DNA of 64,000 bases, taken from an uncultured Candidatus Micrarchaeota archaeon (lineage in GTDB: Archaea > Micrarchaeota > Micrarchaeia > CAILAH01). Below the pieces are notes generated by a model. The model did no database searches. It was not told the origin of the DNA and was given only the letters and a program-made list of their open reading frames with translations. This document shows positions 16,474-25,764 of the stretch, piece by piece; within the stretch, counting starts at the first letter, position 1, and every line of letters begins with the position of its first letter. The stretch spans positions 4,456-68,455 of the forward strand of contig CAILAH010000038.1 of NCBI GenBank assembly GCA_903832205.1. The letters are read 5' to 3'. Both the position numbers and the translations under genes were made by a program.

Positions 16474-18183
16474 TCAGTCCGTCTTGATGAAAATCATCTT
16501 TTCCTTATTGTCAAGTATGAAGTAGCCCATCCTTTCGAACTGCACCACTTCGCCCTTTACGATATTCTTTGCCGCTGATGCCTCGCACATTCCCTTTATC
16601 TCAACCAGGCTCTTGCCATTCTTCTCCTCGCCGTTGAACGGCCTGTCAAGGTACCAGAACGTGCAGGGGACTGCGGTATTCGCATCAACCCACTGCAGTT
16701 TCTTAGAGTCCCTGACCAGCTCCTGGCTGATGTAAACTTTGCACTCGGCGCCCTTTCCCTTATCGAGCTTTACTATGTTAATGTTCCTCAGGTCTTTCAG
16801 GCGCACCAGCTCGAGCTCGTGCAATTCATCCAGGTCCTCGCCGCTAATGTACAATTCATCTCCGAATGGAACCGGCCTGGAGTTCATCTCAAGCGTCGGG
16901 TGCATCCTTATTGCAATCACGCCGCTTCCAATCCCCTCTATCTTGAGCTTCTTCGGCTCCTTCACCGCATAATAGTGCTTGGCAACCGGCTCGTAATGCC
17001 TTCTCGTTTCCGCAAGCAGCTTCTTCAGGTCCGTGTTGACCTCCAATTTACTGAGCCCGAATGAGAGCACGTATTCCTCAATTGCCTGCCTAGGTATGCC
17101 TCTCCTCCTCAACCCTGCAAGCGTGACAAGCCTCGGGTCATCATAACCGGAGAAGAACCCGCTCTCCACATAGGGCTTTATGAGCCTCTTGCTCACAGGA
17201 TAGCCGTCTATTGCAAGGCGCGCGAACTCATGGTAGGAAGGCGCTTTCAGCCCCGCATATTTGAGTATTGTTTCCTGCAGCTCAGCGCGGAGCTCAAACT
17301 CCTTGGAGCGCATCACGTGCGTAACTCCAATGAGCGCATCGCTCACAGAAGTTTCCAAATCATAGGTCGGGTAAACTCGGTATTTCTTCCCGAACTTGTA
17401 ATGCTGCGCATCTAGTATCCTGAAAATCGCAGGGTCGCGCATGGTGGTGTTGAGCGATTTCATATCGCCCTTGAGCCGCACAATCGCCTCGCCCTCTTTC
17501 ATGGTGGTCTTCATCTTCTCCCAGAGCTCGGCATTCTTTTCATTTGGGTTTGAGCGGCAGGCGCATTCCTCGCCCTTCCCCCTCTTCTCCTTTGTCTCTT
17601 CCTGGGAGCAGGTGCACACGTAGGCGTTGCCCTCCCTGACCAGCTTGTCGCCAACTTCAATTATCTTATCAAACATGTCGGAGACGAAATAGACTGCATC
17701 GGGCTTTATCCCGAACCACGCGATATCACTTAGGATTGAATCAACGAACTCCTGCCTGCTCTTCTCCGCATTGGTGTCATCGAACTTAATGTAGAACTTT
17801 CCCTTGTATGTGTCACAAACCTTCTTGTTGATTAGCATTGCCTTTGTATGGCCGATGTGCAGGTATCCGTTGGGCTCTGGCGCAAATCTCGTAACGACCT
17901 GGCCCTCAACCGCGCCCTCAATCTTCCACTCCCTCTTCTCCTCCTTTTTCTCCTCGACCATGCCATAGCTGGCGTACTCTTTCTCAACCTGCTCCTTCTT
18001 CAGGAGGTTCACATCATCGCAGGTGCCCCTGATTTTTTCCAGCAGTGATTTCATATCGGCCTTTGCATCGGGCATCTCCGCAATGGCCTTTCCCACAATG
18101 GCCTTGATATCTGCCTTGCCGTAATCGTGTGCATTCTTTATGGTGATTTTTCTAATGAGCGCATCCAGTTCCATAGGCAACAC
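16474..18183 (-). CDS. gltX: Glutamyl-tRNA synthetase, archaeal type (class I)
   Basis: HIGH motif region FAPEPNGYLHIGHTKA, KMSKS-like LKGDMKS, 569 aa as in archaeal GluRS. Confidence 0.75.
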   Translation of the reverse strand: MLPMELDALIRKITIKNAHDYGKADIKAIVGKAIAEMPDAKADMKSLLEKIRGTCDDVNLLKKEQVEKEYASYGMVEEKKEEKREWKIEGAVEGQVVTRFAPEPNGYLHIGHTKAMLINKKVCDTYKGKFYIKFDDTNAEKSRQEFVDSILSDIAWFGIKPDAVYFVSDMFDKIIEVGDKLVREGNAYVCTCSQEETKEKRGKGEECACRSNPNEKNAELWEKMKTTMKEGEAIVRLKGDMKSLNTTMRDPAIFRILDAQHYKFGKKYRVYPTYDLETSVSDALIGVTHVMRSKEFELRAELQETILKYAGLKAPSYHEFARLAIDGYPVSKRLIKPYVESGFFSGYDDPRLVTLAGLRRRGIPRQAIEEYVLSFGLSKLEVNTDLKKLLAETRRHYEPVAKHYYAVKEPKKLKIEGIGSGVIAIRMHPTLEMNSRPVPFGDELYISGEDLDELHELELVRLKDLRNINIVKLDKGKGAECKVYISQELVRDSKKLQWVDANTAVPCTFWYLDRPFNGEEKNGKSLVEIKGMCEASAAKNIVKGEVVQFERMGYFILDNKEKMIFIKTD

Positions 18184-18219
18184 TTCTTCAATTCATCAGG
18201 CATTTCATTTTTCGTGCAT

Positions 18220-19587
18220 TTAATCCATGCAGAGCCCTTTCTCAGCCCCCTGGCCAATCCAGCCCCGCAATACATTCTCCAATTTCTCATTCTTCCTGAG
18301 CCTGTAGGCGACCTTTACAATAGGTGTTCTTATCTTCAGTAATTCACTTAAATCTGTGGGTGTGGCCGAGATTACCACTGACGGCTTTGCCTTCTCAATT
18401 AACCTGCCCAAATCGGCAATCTGCGACTGTGAATAGCCTACTGCGGGCACAACCTTCACAATATGCTTGTACTTCTCATAGAGCTCCTTGTATACTCCCA
18501 CAGCAAATTTCGCCCCATCCAGAATATTGCATTTCTCGCGTTTCGCAACCAGATATCCAATCCCATAGGGCATCTCGCCGTGCGTTACCGTTGGCCCGTC
18601 ATCAATCACCAGCACTCTCTTCTTGTCCGCTGCAGTGAGATGCCTGTCCATGAACGCATCCATTGATATTTTGATTACTTTCGCATGCGGGTTGCACTCC
18701 TTGGCATTTTTCTCAATAACCTTTGCGCCCTCCTTTGCATGCTCCCACTTGTTCAGCGCAATCACATTGGCCATCCTGAAATTCGTTTCTCCGGGGTGAT
18801 AACCCATCTCATGACCCGCGCGCATCGCATCGGCAACCGTAATCATCAAATCCGGCCTGAAGAACGGGAAATCATTATTTCCCCCGTCCCAAATCACCAC
18901 GTCCGCCTCGCTCTCAGCGCTGCGCAGGATTTTTTCATAATCAATCCCCGCATACACAACAAACCCGTTGCGTATGTGCCTTTCGTAATCCTCCCTCTCC
19001 TCAATGGTGCATTCCTGCCTGTCCAAATCGTGAAGTGATGTATATCTCTGCACCGCCTTCTTTTCCAAATCGCCGTAGGGCATCGGGTGCCTAACTATCG
19101 CAACCCGTTTCCCGTTCTTCCTGAGCCAGAGGCTCAAGTATTCGGTGAGCGGGCTCTTGCCTGCGCCCGTCCTTGTGGCGCACACGGCAACAACTTTCTT
19201 TGTGCTCTTTAGCATTGTTGCGTTTGGCCCCAATAGGAGAAATGATGCGCCCGCAGCCTGCGCCCTTGATGCAAGATGCATCACCGTGTTGTGGTTCAAG
19301 TCGGAATATGCAAGACACACATAGTCAACCTTCTTCTCTGAAACAATCTTCTCAAGGTCCTTCTCGTGGAATATGGGCACGCCGTGCGGGTAGAAACTGC
19401 CGGAGAGCTTGGGCGGATATGCCTTCAGCTCAACTGGGAGCTGCTCTGCAAACGTGAAACCCACAACATCATATTCGGGGTTGTCCCTGAAGACCGTATT
19501 GAAATTGTGAAAATCCCTTCCAGCTGCGCCCAGGATGAGCACGCGCTTTCTTTTCAGCAATGAGCCGAGAATTGGCAAATGTGTCAT
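18220..19587 (-). CDS. P-loop NTPase-domain protein of uncertain function (cyclic-2,3-diphosphoglycerate-synthetase-like?)
   Basis: Walker A VCATRTGAGKSPLT and N-terminal Rossmann-like RVLILGAAGRDFHNF. Start trimmed to Met at 19587 to remove overlap with the divergent gene. Confidence 0.3.
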   Translation of the reverse strand: MTHLPILGSLLKRKRVLILGAAGRDFHNFNTVFRDNPEYDVVGFTFAEQLPVELKAYPPKLSGSFYPHGVPIFHEKDLEKIVSEKKVDYVCLAYSDLNHNTVMHLASRAQAAGASFLLLGPNATMLKSTKKVVAVCATRTGAGKSPLTEYLSLWLRKNGKRVAIVRHPMPYGDLEKKAVQRYTSLHDLDRQECTIEEREDYERHIRNGFVVYAGIDYEKILRSAESEADVVIWDGGNNDFPFFRPDLMITVADAMRAGHEMGYHPGETNFRMANVIALNKWEHAKEGAKVIEKNAKECNPHAKVIKISMDAFMDRHLTAADKKRVLVIDDGPTVTHGEMPYGIGYLVAKREKCNILDGAKFAVGVYKELYEKYKHIVKVVPAVGYSQSQIADLGRLIEKAKPSVVISATPTDLSELLKIRTPIVKVAYRLRKNEKLENVLRGWIGQGAEKGLCMD

Positions 19588-19617
19588 GCTTTTTAATTTT
19601 CCCTGAAAGTTAATAAT

Positions 19618-20874
19618 ATGTATGATTTGACCCGTCCGCTCCAGGATAACTTTTACATGTCTGAAGGCATCATCAGATACTCGCTCATTAAAAGCCATGC
19701 GGTCCCATCTATCTCGCCGTCCGTGCACTATGCGAGCGCAATATTCGAAGGCCTGAGCATAATCGCACTGCGCAAAGGCTCAAAGCTTAAGCTCGGCCTG
19801 TTCCATCCAAACCTGAATTTTGAGAGGATGCGCCACAACCTGCTGGCGCTCGGCTACAACTGGGAATTGTACAGCGATGAGCAGATTATTGAGAGCATAT
19901 TCACAATCTGCGCATTGAACGGCTGGAACAACGTCATTGAATTGGAAGGCGCGAACACGGTGATACAAAGCGATAACGGCGAGTACCAGAGGATTTATGT
20001 CCGCCCGCTCATCTACTCAAATTACAACGGCATTGGAATAACCGAGCCAAGGGATACGGAGCTCATGCTCAACCTTGCGCCAATGGGCGAGTACATCTCA
20101 TCATCTGACCCTGCTGGCGTCACTGCCCTGCTCTACCCGCACCCGCGCAATCTCGCATTCCCGCAAATCAAGGTTTCAAGCAATTACCAACTTTCAATCC
20201 ATGCGAAGACCATGCTCGCAGCCTACAACGGTGTCAATGACCTGAAGTGCCAAGAGGCAATGTTCCAAAACAGCGGGGGAAACCTCACCGAAGGCACGGG
20301 CGAAAACATGGTGATGATAAAGGATAATGAGCTTATCGCGCCGCCGCCAAGCGAAGGCGCACTGCCGGGCATAACCTACCGCATCGCATTCATGATTGCG
20401 CAGGAGCTTGGGCTCAAGACGCGTTTCGGCACGTTCAAGTACGGCGACATTGAATCCGCGGAATCGCTCTTCTTCACTGGAAATGCGGCAGGCATAGTGC
20501 CCATAAAGCGCGTCGTGCGCGTCGATGGGAAATATTCAGTTATTGATTACAAGGATTCAAAAGAGGGTGGCAGGAACAGCATAATGGCCAGGATTAAGTC
20601 GGAATACAACCGCATCCTCACGGGCGACACCGCCTATGGCAACTTTTTCACCTATATGGACGACTGGATTGATGACAGCAAGCTTACCGAGCTGAACAAT
20701 TTGGGCGCGGATTTCAAGAGATTGCTCACCGATGAGAACCGCAGGTATGACGGGACCAACAGCACCGTGCTCTCATTCATGGAAATCACGCCCGCAGTTT
20801 CCGTTTCCCGAAAATACTACGATGACAAGAAATGGATCCTCGAGAAGCTCGGCATTAAGGACTACTTGAAATAA
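19618..20874 (+). CDS. Class IV (fold type IV) PLP aminotransferase, BCAT/ADCL-like, with C-terminal extension
   Basis: ASAIFEGLS N-terminal motif. C-terminal EGTGENMVMIKDNELIAPP…LPGITYRIAFMIAQELG…AESLFFTGNAAGIVPIKRV is typical of IlvE/PabC-family proteins. Confidence 0.65.
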   Translation: MYDLTRPLQDNFYMSEGIIRYSLIKSHAVPSISPSVHYASAIFEGLSIIALRKGSKLKLGLFHPNLNFERMRHNLLALGYNWELYSDEQIIESIFTICALNGWNNVIELEGANTVIQSDNGEYQRIYVRPLIYSNYNGIGITEPRDTELMLNLAPMGEYISSSDPAGVTALLYPHPRNLAFPQIKVSSNYQLSIHAKTMLAAYNGVNDLKCQEAMFQNSGGNLTEGTGENMVMIKDNELIAPPPSEGALPGITYRIAFMIAQELGLKTRFGTFKYGDIESAESLFFTGNAAGIVPIKRVVRVDGKYSVIDYKDSKEGGRNSIMARIKSEYNRILTGDTAYGNFFTYMDDWIDDSKLTELNNLGADFKRLLTDENRRYDGTNSTVLSFMEITPAVSVSRKYYDDKKWILEKLGIKDYLK

Positions 20875-20929
20875 AAAAGGAGTGCGGCTCAACATCACTT
20901 TCGTGATGTCGCCTCATTTTCAAAAAAAA

Positions 20930-21049
20930 TGCGGCTGCCGAGATTTGAACTCGGGTCTCAGGCTTGCCTCGATTTCTTAGTGCAGGTTCCTTGCTGCGCA
21001 AAGAAAGTGCTTGGAAGGCCAGTGTCCTACCAGGCTAGACTACAGCCGC
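20930..21049 (-). tRNA. tRNA-Gly(UCC) with one intron at about 37/38 (47 nt; about 20965-21011)
   Basis: Hand-folded. Exon 1 GCGGCUGUAGUCUAGCCUGGUAGGACACUGGCCUUCCA. Exon 2 AGCCUGAGACCCGAGUUCAAAUCUCGGCAGCCGCA. One A·U mismatch in the anticodon stem. Spliced length 73 nt. Confidence 0.6.
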
Positions 21050-21102
21050 CTGTGATTTGTTTAATCTATAAAGTATTAAAAAATAGAATTAGGGGGTTAG
21101 GT

Positions 21103-21153
21103 GTAGACCACACGAGGGAAGGGGGTCTCCCCCTTCCATCAGTGAATGGGGCT
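21103..21153. repeat. Conserved 52-nt structured element (copy 1) directly abutting the tRNA-Pro 3' end
   Basis: GGGGGTTAGGTGTAGACCACACGAGG-GAAGGGGG-TCT-CCCCCTTC-CATCAGTG. Second copy at 47343-47395 with compensatory hairpin changes. Confidence 0.6.
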
Positions 21154-21285
21154 GCCCAGATTTGAACTGGGGTCTCGAAGTTTTTCATACCAACCCTCTC
21201 GAGAGGGGATTGGGTCTTATGGGAAGGGGACACTTCCCCTACCCATACCCGAACCTCGAAGCATACCAGGCTAGCCCACAGCCCC
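21147..21285 (-). tRNA. tRNA-Pro(CGG) with one 66-nt intron at 37/38 (about 21182-21247)
   Basis: Exon 1 GGGGCUGUGGGCUAGCCUGGUAUGCUUCGAGGUUCGGG. Exon 2 ACUUCGAGACCCCAGUUCAAAUCUGGGCAGCCCCA. Acceptor, T-arm and anticodon stem (with one G·U) all pair. Spliced length 73 nt. Confidence 0.65.
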
Positions 21286-22626
21286 ATATTTCTCCACGTC
21301 TTTGAAGATATCTTTACTTTTAGAAATCATAGTTTTTAAATAGTTTGACCGCCTGGCAATCTCATCATAAATCCTGCTCTCGCCCCAGCCGTTGGCGAAC
21401 GCAATCTCCTCGATGACGCGGGACTTGGCGGGCGTGCGAACGACCGTGTCCTTCTTGGGGTCATACTGGTAGATGTGCCTTATCATAATGGCGCCCTTGT
21501 TCTCAACGAGCTCGCACACCTCAAACACCTTTCTCGTCTCCTGCACCTTGCCGCCGCTGATGAATTTCAGGAATCTCCTCTGCACAATCACCAAATCAAT
21601 GGCGTTAATGTCCGAGGGCATCACGTCATTGTAGCGCAGGCGGGAGACGAGCTCCTTGGCGCTGTGCGCGTGCATGGTCGCGTAGCAGCCGCGCGCCTGT
21701 CCCGCGTTCATGCTCTCTATCATCGCGAGTATCTCCTCCTTTGAGCGCACCTCGCCGATAATCACGCGGTCAGGCCGCATGCGCAGGCTGTCCTCAATCA
21801 AATCCTTCATTTCAATCCCCAGGGGCGGATTGGTCTTCATCTTCACCTGGTGCCTGTGCGGGATAACGATCTCAGGTGTCTCCTCAAGCATTATTACGCG
21901 CTCGCTTGACGGCACAAAAGAAAATAGCGCATTGAGCGTGGTGGTTTTTCCCGCCGCGGTATTGCCGCAGATGATAACGTTCTTGTCATTCTGGAAAACC
22001 GTCCAGAGGAAAGCGAGCAATTCGTAATTATATCCCGTCTTGATGAGCTCGCGCAACGTGAGCGGTGATTTCTTGAATTTTCTTATTGTGAGCTCAAGGT
22101 CAGAAACAGGCTCAATGGTGGCGTGAAGCCGGGAGCCGTCAGGCAGCACCGCATTAAGGCGCGGATTCTGCAAAGTGATGCGCCTCCCAATCGTCCTTGA
22201 CATCTTGTTGATGACATCTATGAGCGCATTCCTGTCGGTGAACATCACGTTCGTGTCCAGCCATCCCTTCTCCCGATGAAAAACGAATATGGGATTGTCA
22301 AGGCCGATGACTGCAATCTCCTCCAGCATGTCATCCTCCAGCAAATAGGTGATGGGCCCGAATGCATAGGTCGCAAGATAGGCGGCATCAGCGAGGTAGC
22401 GCACCTGGTCATCATCGGCCTTTATGCCGTTCTTCCTGAGATTCTGCACCAAAAGCTTGTTGACAACCTGCATGGCGATGGTGCCGTTCTCAATCACTTC
22501 GTCCTTGACGGTATCGCTGAACTCCTTGCACACATCCTCTATTACCTGGAGCTCGTCAGGGCTAAGCTTCTGCACGCGCACCTTGTATTGGCCGCCGTCA
22601 AGGACTCTCCATCCCACCCAGCCCAT
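21271..22626 (-). CDS. Type IV pilus/archaellum assembly ATPase (FlaI/PilB/VirB11 superfamily)
   Basis: Walker A GNTAAGKTTTLNALFSF, Walker B/Asp box VIMLEETPEI, His box region. 451 aa. Confidence 0.75.
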   Translation of the reverse strand: MGWVGWRVLDGGQYKVRVQKLSPDELQVIEDVCKEFSDTVKDEVIENGTIAMQVVNKLLVQNLRKNGIKADDDQVRYLADAAYLATYAFGPITYLLEDDMLEEIAVIGLDNPIFVFHREKGWLDTNVMFTDRNALIDVINKMSRTIGRRITLQNPRLNAVLPDGSRLHATIEPVSDLELTIRKFKKSPLTLRELIKTGYNYELLAFLWTVFQNDKNVIICGNTAAGKTTTLNALFSFVPSSERVIMLEETPEIVIPHRHQVKMKTNPPLGIEMKDLIEDSLRMRPDRVIIGEVRSKEEILAMIESMNAGQARGCYATMHAHSAKELVSRLRYNDVMPSDINAIDLVIVQRRFLKFISGGKVQETRKVFEVCELVENKGAIMIRHIYQYDPKKDTVVRTPAKSRVIEEIAFANGWGESRIYDEIARRSNYLKTMISKSKDIFKDVEKYGAVG

Positions 22627-22701
22627 AGAACAACCTCATCCAACAATCCAGCTTTACTTTGCAGGCAACACATCTTTCCTGCTTTGCCGGCCACACAATT
22701 T

Positions 22702-23454
22702 TTACTTCCCGAACCTTCTTTGCCTGTTTGCGTAATCCGAAAGTATGGCCTCGAAATCCTCCTTTGTGAAATCGGGCCAGTACTTGTCCACGAAAAACAA
22801 TTCGCTGTAAGCGCTCTGTATCGGCAATAGTCCCGAGAGCCGGTACTCGCCTGACGTGCGTATAATCAAATCGGGCGGAGAAATCTCGCCCGTCCAGAGG
22901 CGCTTCATTATTTCTTCCTCATTAACCTCTGAAATCTTGCCGCTCTTGTAATCCTCAGCAATTTTGCGCATGCAGTCAACAAGCTCAAGCTTGCCCCCGT
23001 AATTCAAAAGGAAATTGACGTTGTACTCCTCGTTCTCTGCGGACTGCTGTTCCGCCCTGTGAATATAATCCTGCAGCTGCTTTGGCAGGCCGTCAATCAT
23101 TCCGTAGAATTTTACGCGCACTTTGGGATACTTGCTCTCATTTCCCGCGCTCTTTTCCTTATTTGCCCTCTGCAGTATGTCAATCAGTTTCGTTTCAAAC
23201 AGGCGCATGAGCCCGCGCACCTCATCCTCGGTCCTGCCCCTATTCTCCGTGGAAAATCCCCAGAACGTTGCGTTATGAATGCCCTTTTCCTTGCACCACT
23301 TTAGCACTTCCCCTATGAGCTCAATGCCTGCCTCGTGGCCTTTCAGCACGTCCAGGCTATTCTGCTTTGCCCACCTGCGGTTGCCGTCGGGAATGAACGC
23401 CACGTGATTGGGAACCCGAACCTCGCTGGGGGACGATTTATTCTCAGAAGCCAT
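22702..23454 (-). CDS. uppS: cis-Prenyltransferase (undecaprenyl-diphosphate synthase family)
   Basis: HVAFIPDGNRRWAKQNSL catalytic motif; 250 aa. Confidence 0.85.
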   Translation of the reverse strand: MASENKSSPSEVRVPNHVAFIPDGNRRWAKQNSLDVLKGHEAGIELIGEVLKWCKEKGIHNATFWGFSTENRGRTEDEVRGLMRLFETKLIDILQRANKEKSAGNESKYPKVRVKFYGMIDGLPKQLQDYIHRAEQQSAENEEYNVNFLLNYGGKLELVDCMRKIAEDYKSGKISEVNEEEIMKRLWTGEISPPDLIIRTSGEYRLSGLLPIQSAYSELFFVDKYWPDFTKEDFEAILSDYANRQRRFGK

Positions 23455-23471
23455 GATTGCACCCGATTTCG

Positions 23472-24515
23472 CTAGGGGACGATTGTGCTGATGTAATCCA
23501 TATCACCTTTCTTCTCGATGTATCCGGGGAGGCCTGCCATCCTGCCCGCCCTGATGAACATCCCGATTGCCAAATCGTTCGAGATGTTATACAGGTATCT
23601 TACGCGCGCGTGTTTTTTTAATTCATTGAAATATTTGGCCATGCGCCAATCATACTCATGAACCTTTTGGTTGGCGATGCACTCCGCGGCAATATTGGCA
23701 GAGATGGTGGAGAAATACACTCCGCCGCCGCTTGTGGCTTTTGAATAGCCGCCCGCACCTCCAATTAGTATTACGTTATCCTTTGCGTTCTTGGCGCGGG
23801 GGCCGAGGGGTATGGGGCCGCCGAACCTTCTCAGCGTCCTCTGCACGTTGATTCCCGCGAGCGCAAGGAATTTTTTCATCCGCCCGTTAACCATCTGCCC
23901 GCTCGATATGCCGAACCCGCAAATTCCCTTGCCGTCCTCCAGAGGGACCACCCAGCCGAAGAATCCCGGGAACATCTTCTGCGACAGATAGACGGAGACC
24001 ATATTATCATTGACTATATCCTTGGACTCGATAATCTCCTGGTACCCCATGGCATAGGACTTGATGGGCGCAAACCCCTCAATCCTGGCGACCGTGGAGT
24101 TGGCGCCGTCCGCGCCTATCACCGTTTTTGCCAGATAGTCGCTTTTTGAGGCAATCTTGGATGCGAGCCGTATCTCGGCACCCGCTTTCTCAGCCATGCC
24201 CACATATATATTATCAAGAAGCGCCCTGTCAACGATGTATGCCTGCACATCTTTCTTTCTGATGGTAAATTCCTCACCGTGGGGGCCAAAAACGTGCGAC
24301 CCGTATGCCTTGTTCAGGATAGACCTTTTGTAGGGGAATCCGCTCTCCTCAAGCCCCTTTACCGAGATGATGCCCGTGCAGTGCTGGGGGAGGCCGATTT
24401 GGGGGTCCTCTTCGGTTATTACGACGTCAAGACCCCTCTTTGCAAGCTGATGCCCAGCCACTCCGCCGCTCACTCCAGCTCCGACGATGTGGACATCAGC
24501 TTTCATTCGTATCAC
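23472..24515 (-). CDS. Geranylgeranyl reductase family FAD-dependent oxidoreductase (digeranylgeranylglycerophospholipid reductase-like)
   Basis: N-terminal FAD motif VHIVGAGVSGGVAGHQLAKRGLDVVITE; 347 aa. Confidence 0.75.
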   Translation of the reverse strand: MIRMKADVHIVGAGVSGGVAGHQLAKRGLDVVITEEDPQIGLPQHCTGIISVKGLEESGFPYKRSILNKAYGSHVFGPHGEEFTIRKKDVQAYIVDRALLDNIYVGMAEKAGAEIRLASKIASKSDYLAKTVIGADGANSTVARIEGFAPIKSYAMGYQEIIESKDIVNDNMVSVYLSQKMFPGFFGWVVPLEDGKGICGFGISSGQMVNGRMKKFLALAGINVQRTLRRFGGPIPLGPRAKNAKDNVILIGGAGGYSKATSGGGVYFSTISANIAAECIANQKVHEYDWRMAKYFNELKKHARVRYLYNISNDLAIGMFIRAGRMAGLPGYIEKKGDMDYISTIVP

Positions 24516-24564
24516 TTTGCAATAATTTTACTAATATCAAACCGCGACCATAGTATAGCACACG

Positions 24565-25512
24565 CTACTTTTGCTTGACAGGAAGCCCCAATAGCATATC
24601 ACAGCCGGCAGGCTGCGCTATCTGTCCCGAGCCGACAAGCTTTACGTATCCCAGGAACGGGAGAGTGAACCAGGACTTGCCGAGCACCTGCGATGAGTTT
24701 GCCAGTGAATTGGTGCGTGTAAGGGACGTATCATACGCCTGCACGTCAAACATCGGGTTATTGTCGCCCTTTATCATATAGTACGTCTCGTTATCGACGC
24801 TAATCCTAACTACCGCCCTGTGGATGATGTCGCCAATTGCTGCGAACAGGTCATCCCTCTTGGGCCTGTAAACCACAATATCGCTGGAGCGATTGGTTGC
24901 ATCAATGTACTTGCCCCCAATCGTAACACCTTCAGTGCAAATCGCCTGGCCATCCTGGCCTGCAAGCTTCACATCGCACACTGAACACTTGTACTGGAGC
25001 ACCTGCCCCAGCGCCTCCTGTCCGGTCTTGGGGTCGATTGAGCAGGGCCTCACAAACAGGTTCTCATCAAGGCACTTGCCGCAGATGTAATGCTCCTCGC
25101 CGTTCGCGATGAGCGTGCTGAACTGCTCTTTTGTAAGTGTAACCTCTTGCGTGGAAACTGGCGCGTTCTGCAAAAAGACCACATCGCCCCTCTGCAGCGT
25201 GTTGAGCATGCTGCAGGAGACCACCGCATTGAACGGCGATGATGTCCCGAAAATGATTGATGCCGCAAACAAAACAGCGAGCGCAACTGCAATGGCAACC
25301 ACAATCTCCTTGAGCTCGTGCTTCAGCCCTTTTTCCTTGGCGCTCTGTATGCTTTCCGCAACCACTCCCACCATGAACAGGAGCGCAGCAGAGACCGCGA
25401 GCATATCAATCCTGGTGAGTATGAAAACCACCGCAAGCGCAACCGCGGCGATGTAGAGCCACTTGCCCTTGTTTATCTTCGTGAGAAGTTCCATGTCTTT
25501 TTCATTCGCCAT
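24565..25512 (-). CDS. Signal peptidase I (S26) with Cys-rich C-terminal extension
   Basis: N-terminal TM helices, then VVSCSMLNTLQRGDVVFL matching the LepB SGSMxPTLxxGD catalytic Ser box. C-terminal part has CGKC…CSVCD. Confidence 0.6.
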   Translation of the reverse strand: MANEKDMELLTKINKGKWLYIAAVALAVVFILTRIDMLAVSAALLFMVGVVAESIQSAKEKGLKHELKEIVVAIAVALAVLFAASIIFGTSSPFNAVVSCSMLNTLQRGDVVFLQNAPVSTQEVTLTKEQFSTLIANGEEHYICGKCLDENLFVRPCSIDPKTGQEALGQVLQYKCSVCDVKLAGQDGQAICTEGVTIGGKYIDATNRSSDIVVYRPKRDDLFAAIGDIIHRAVVRISVDNETYYMIKGDNNPMFDVQAYDTSLTRTNSLANSSQVLGKSWFTLPFLGYVKLVGSGQIAQPAGCDMLLGLPVKQK

Positions 25513-25764
25513 TGGTGCACCCTTGGCGCAGGCGCCACATTTCCTGAGGCATCCTGCAATAATATCTGCGGCGCGAACTGGCCCATATCCGAATTCACGG
25601 ACCTGCCCGGCCGCATCGCTGTAGATTAAGCCCGTGTAAGAAATATAATACCTGCCCGCCCTGTGGATTTCCCTCAGCAGCGCATCCCAGCCGCAACTGG
25701 GGGAGCAGATTTGTCCCCGCGAACGGACGGGGCGCCATCAATCCAATAATCCGGACTCATTTCT

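Noticed and set aside
20929-21165. 78-aa plus-strand ORF
   Set aside because: Covers tRNA-Gly and part of the repeat element; not coding.
25513-25764. 250-nt gap between signal peptidase and rpoL, considered for a small ncRNA or small protein
   Set aside because: No convincing promoter/terminator pair, conserved RNA motif or credible short ORF with start-codon context could be supported from sequence alone.
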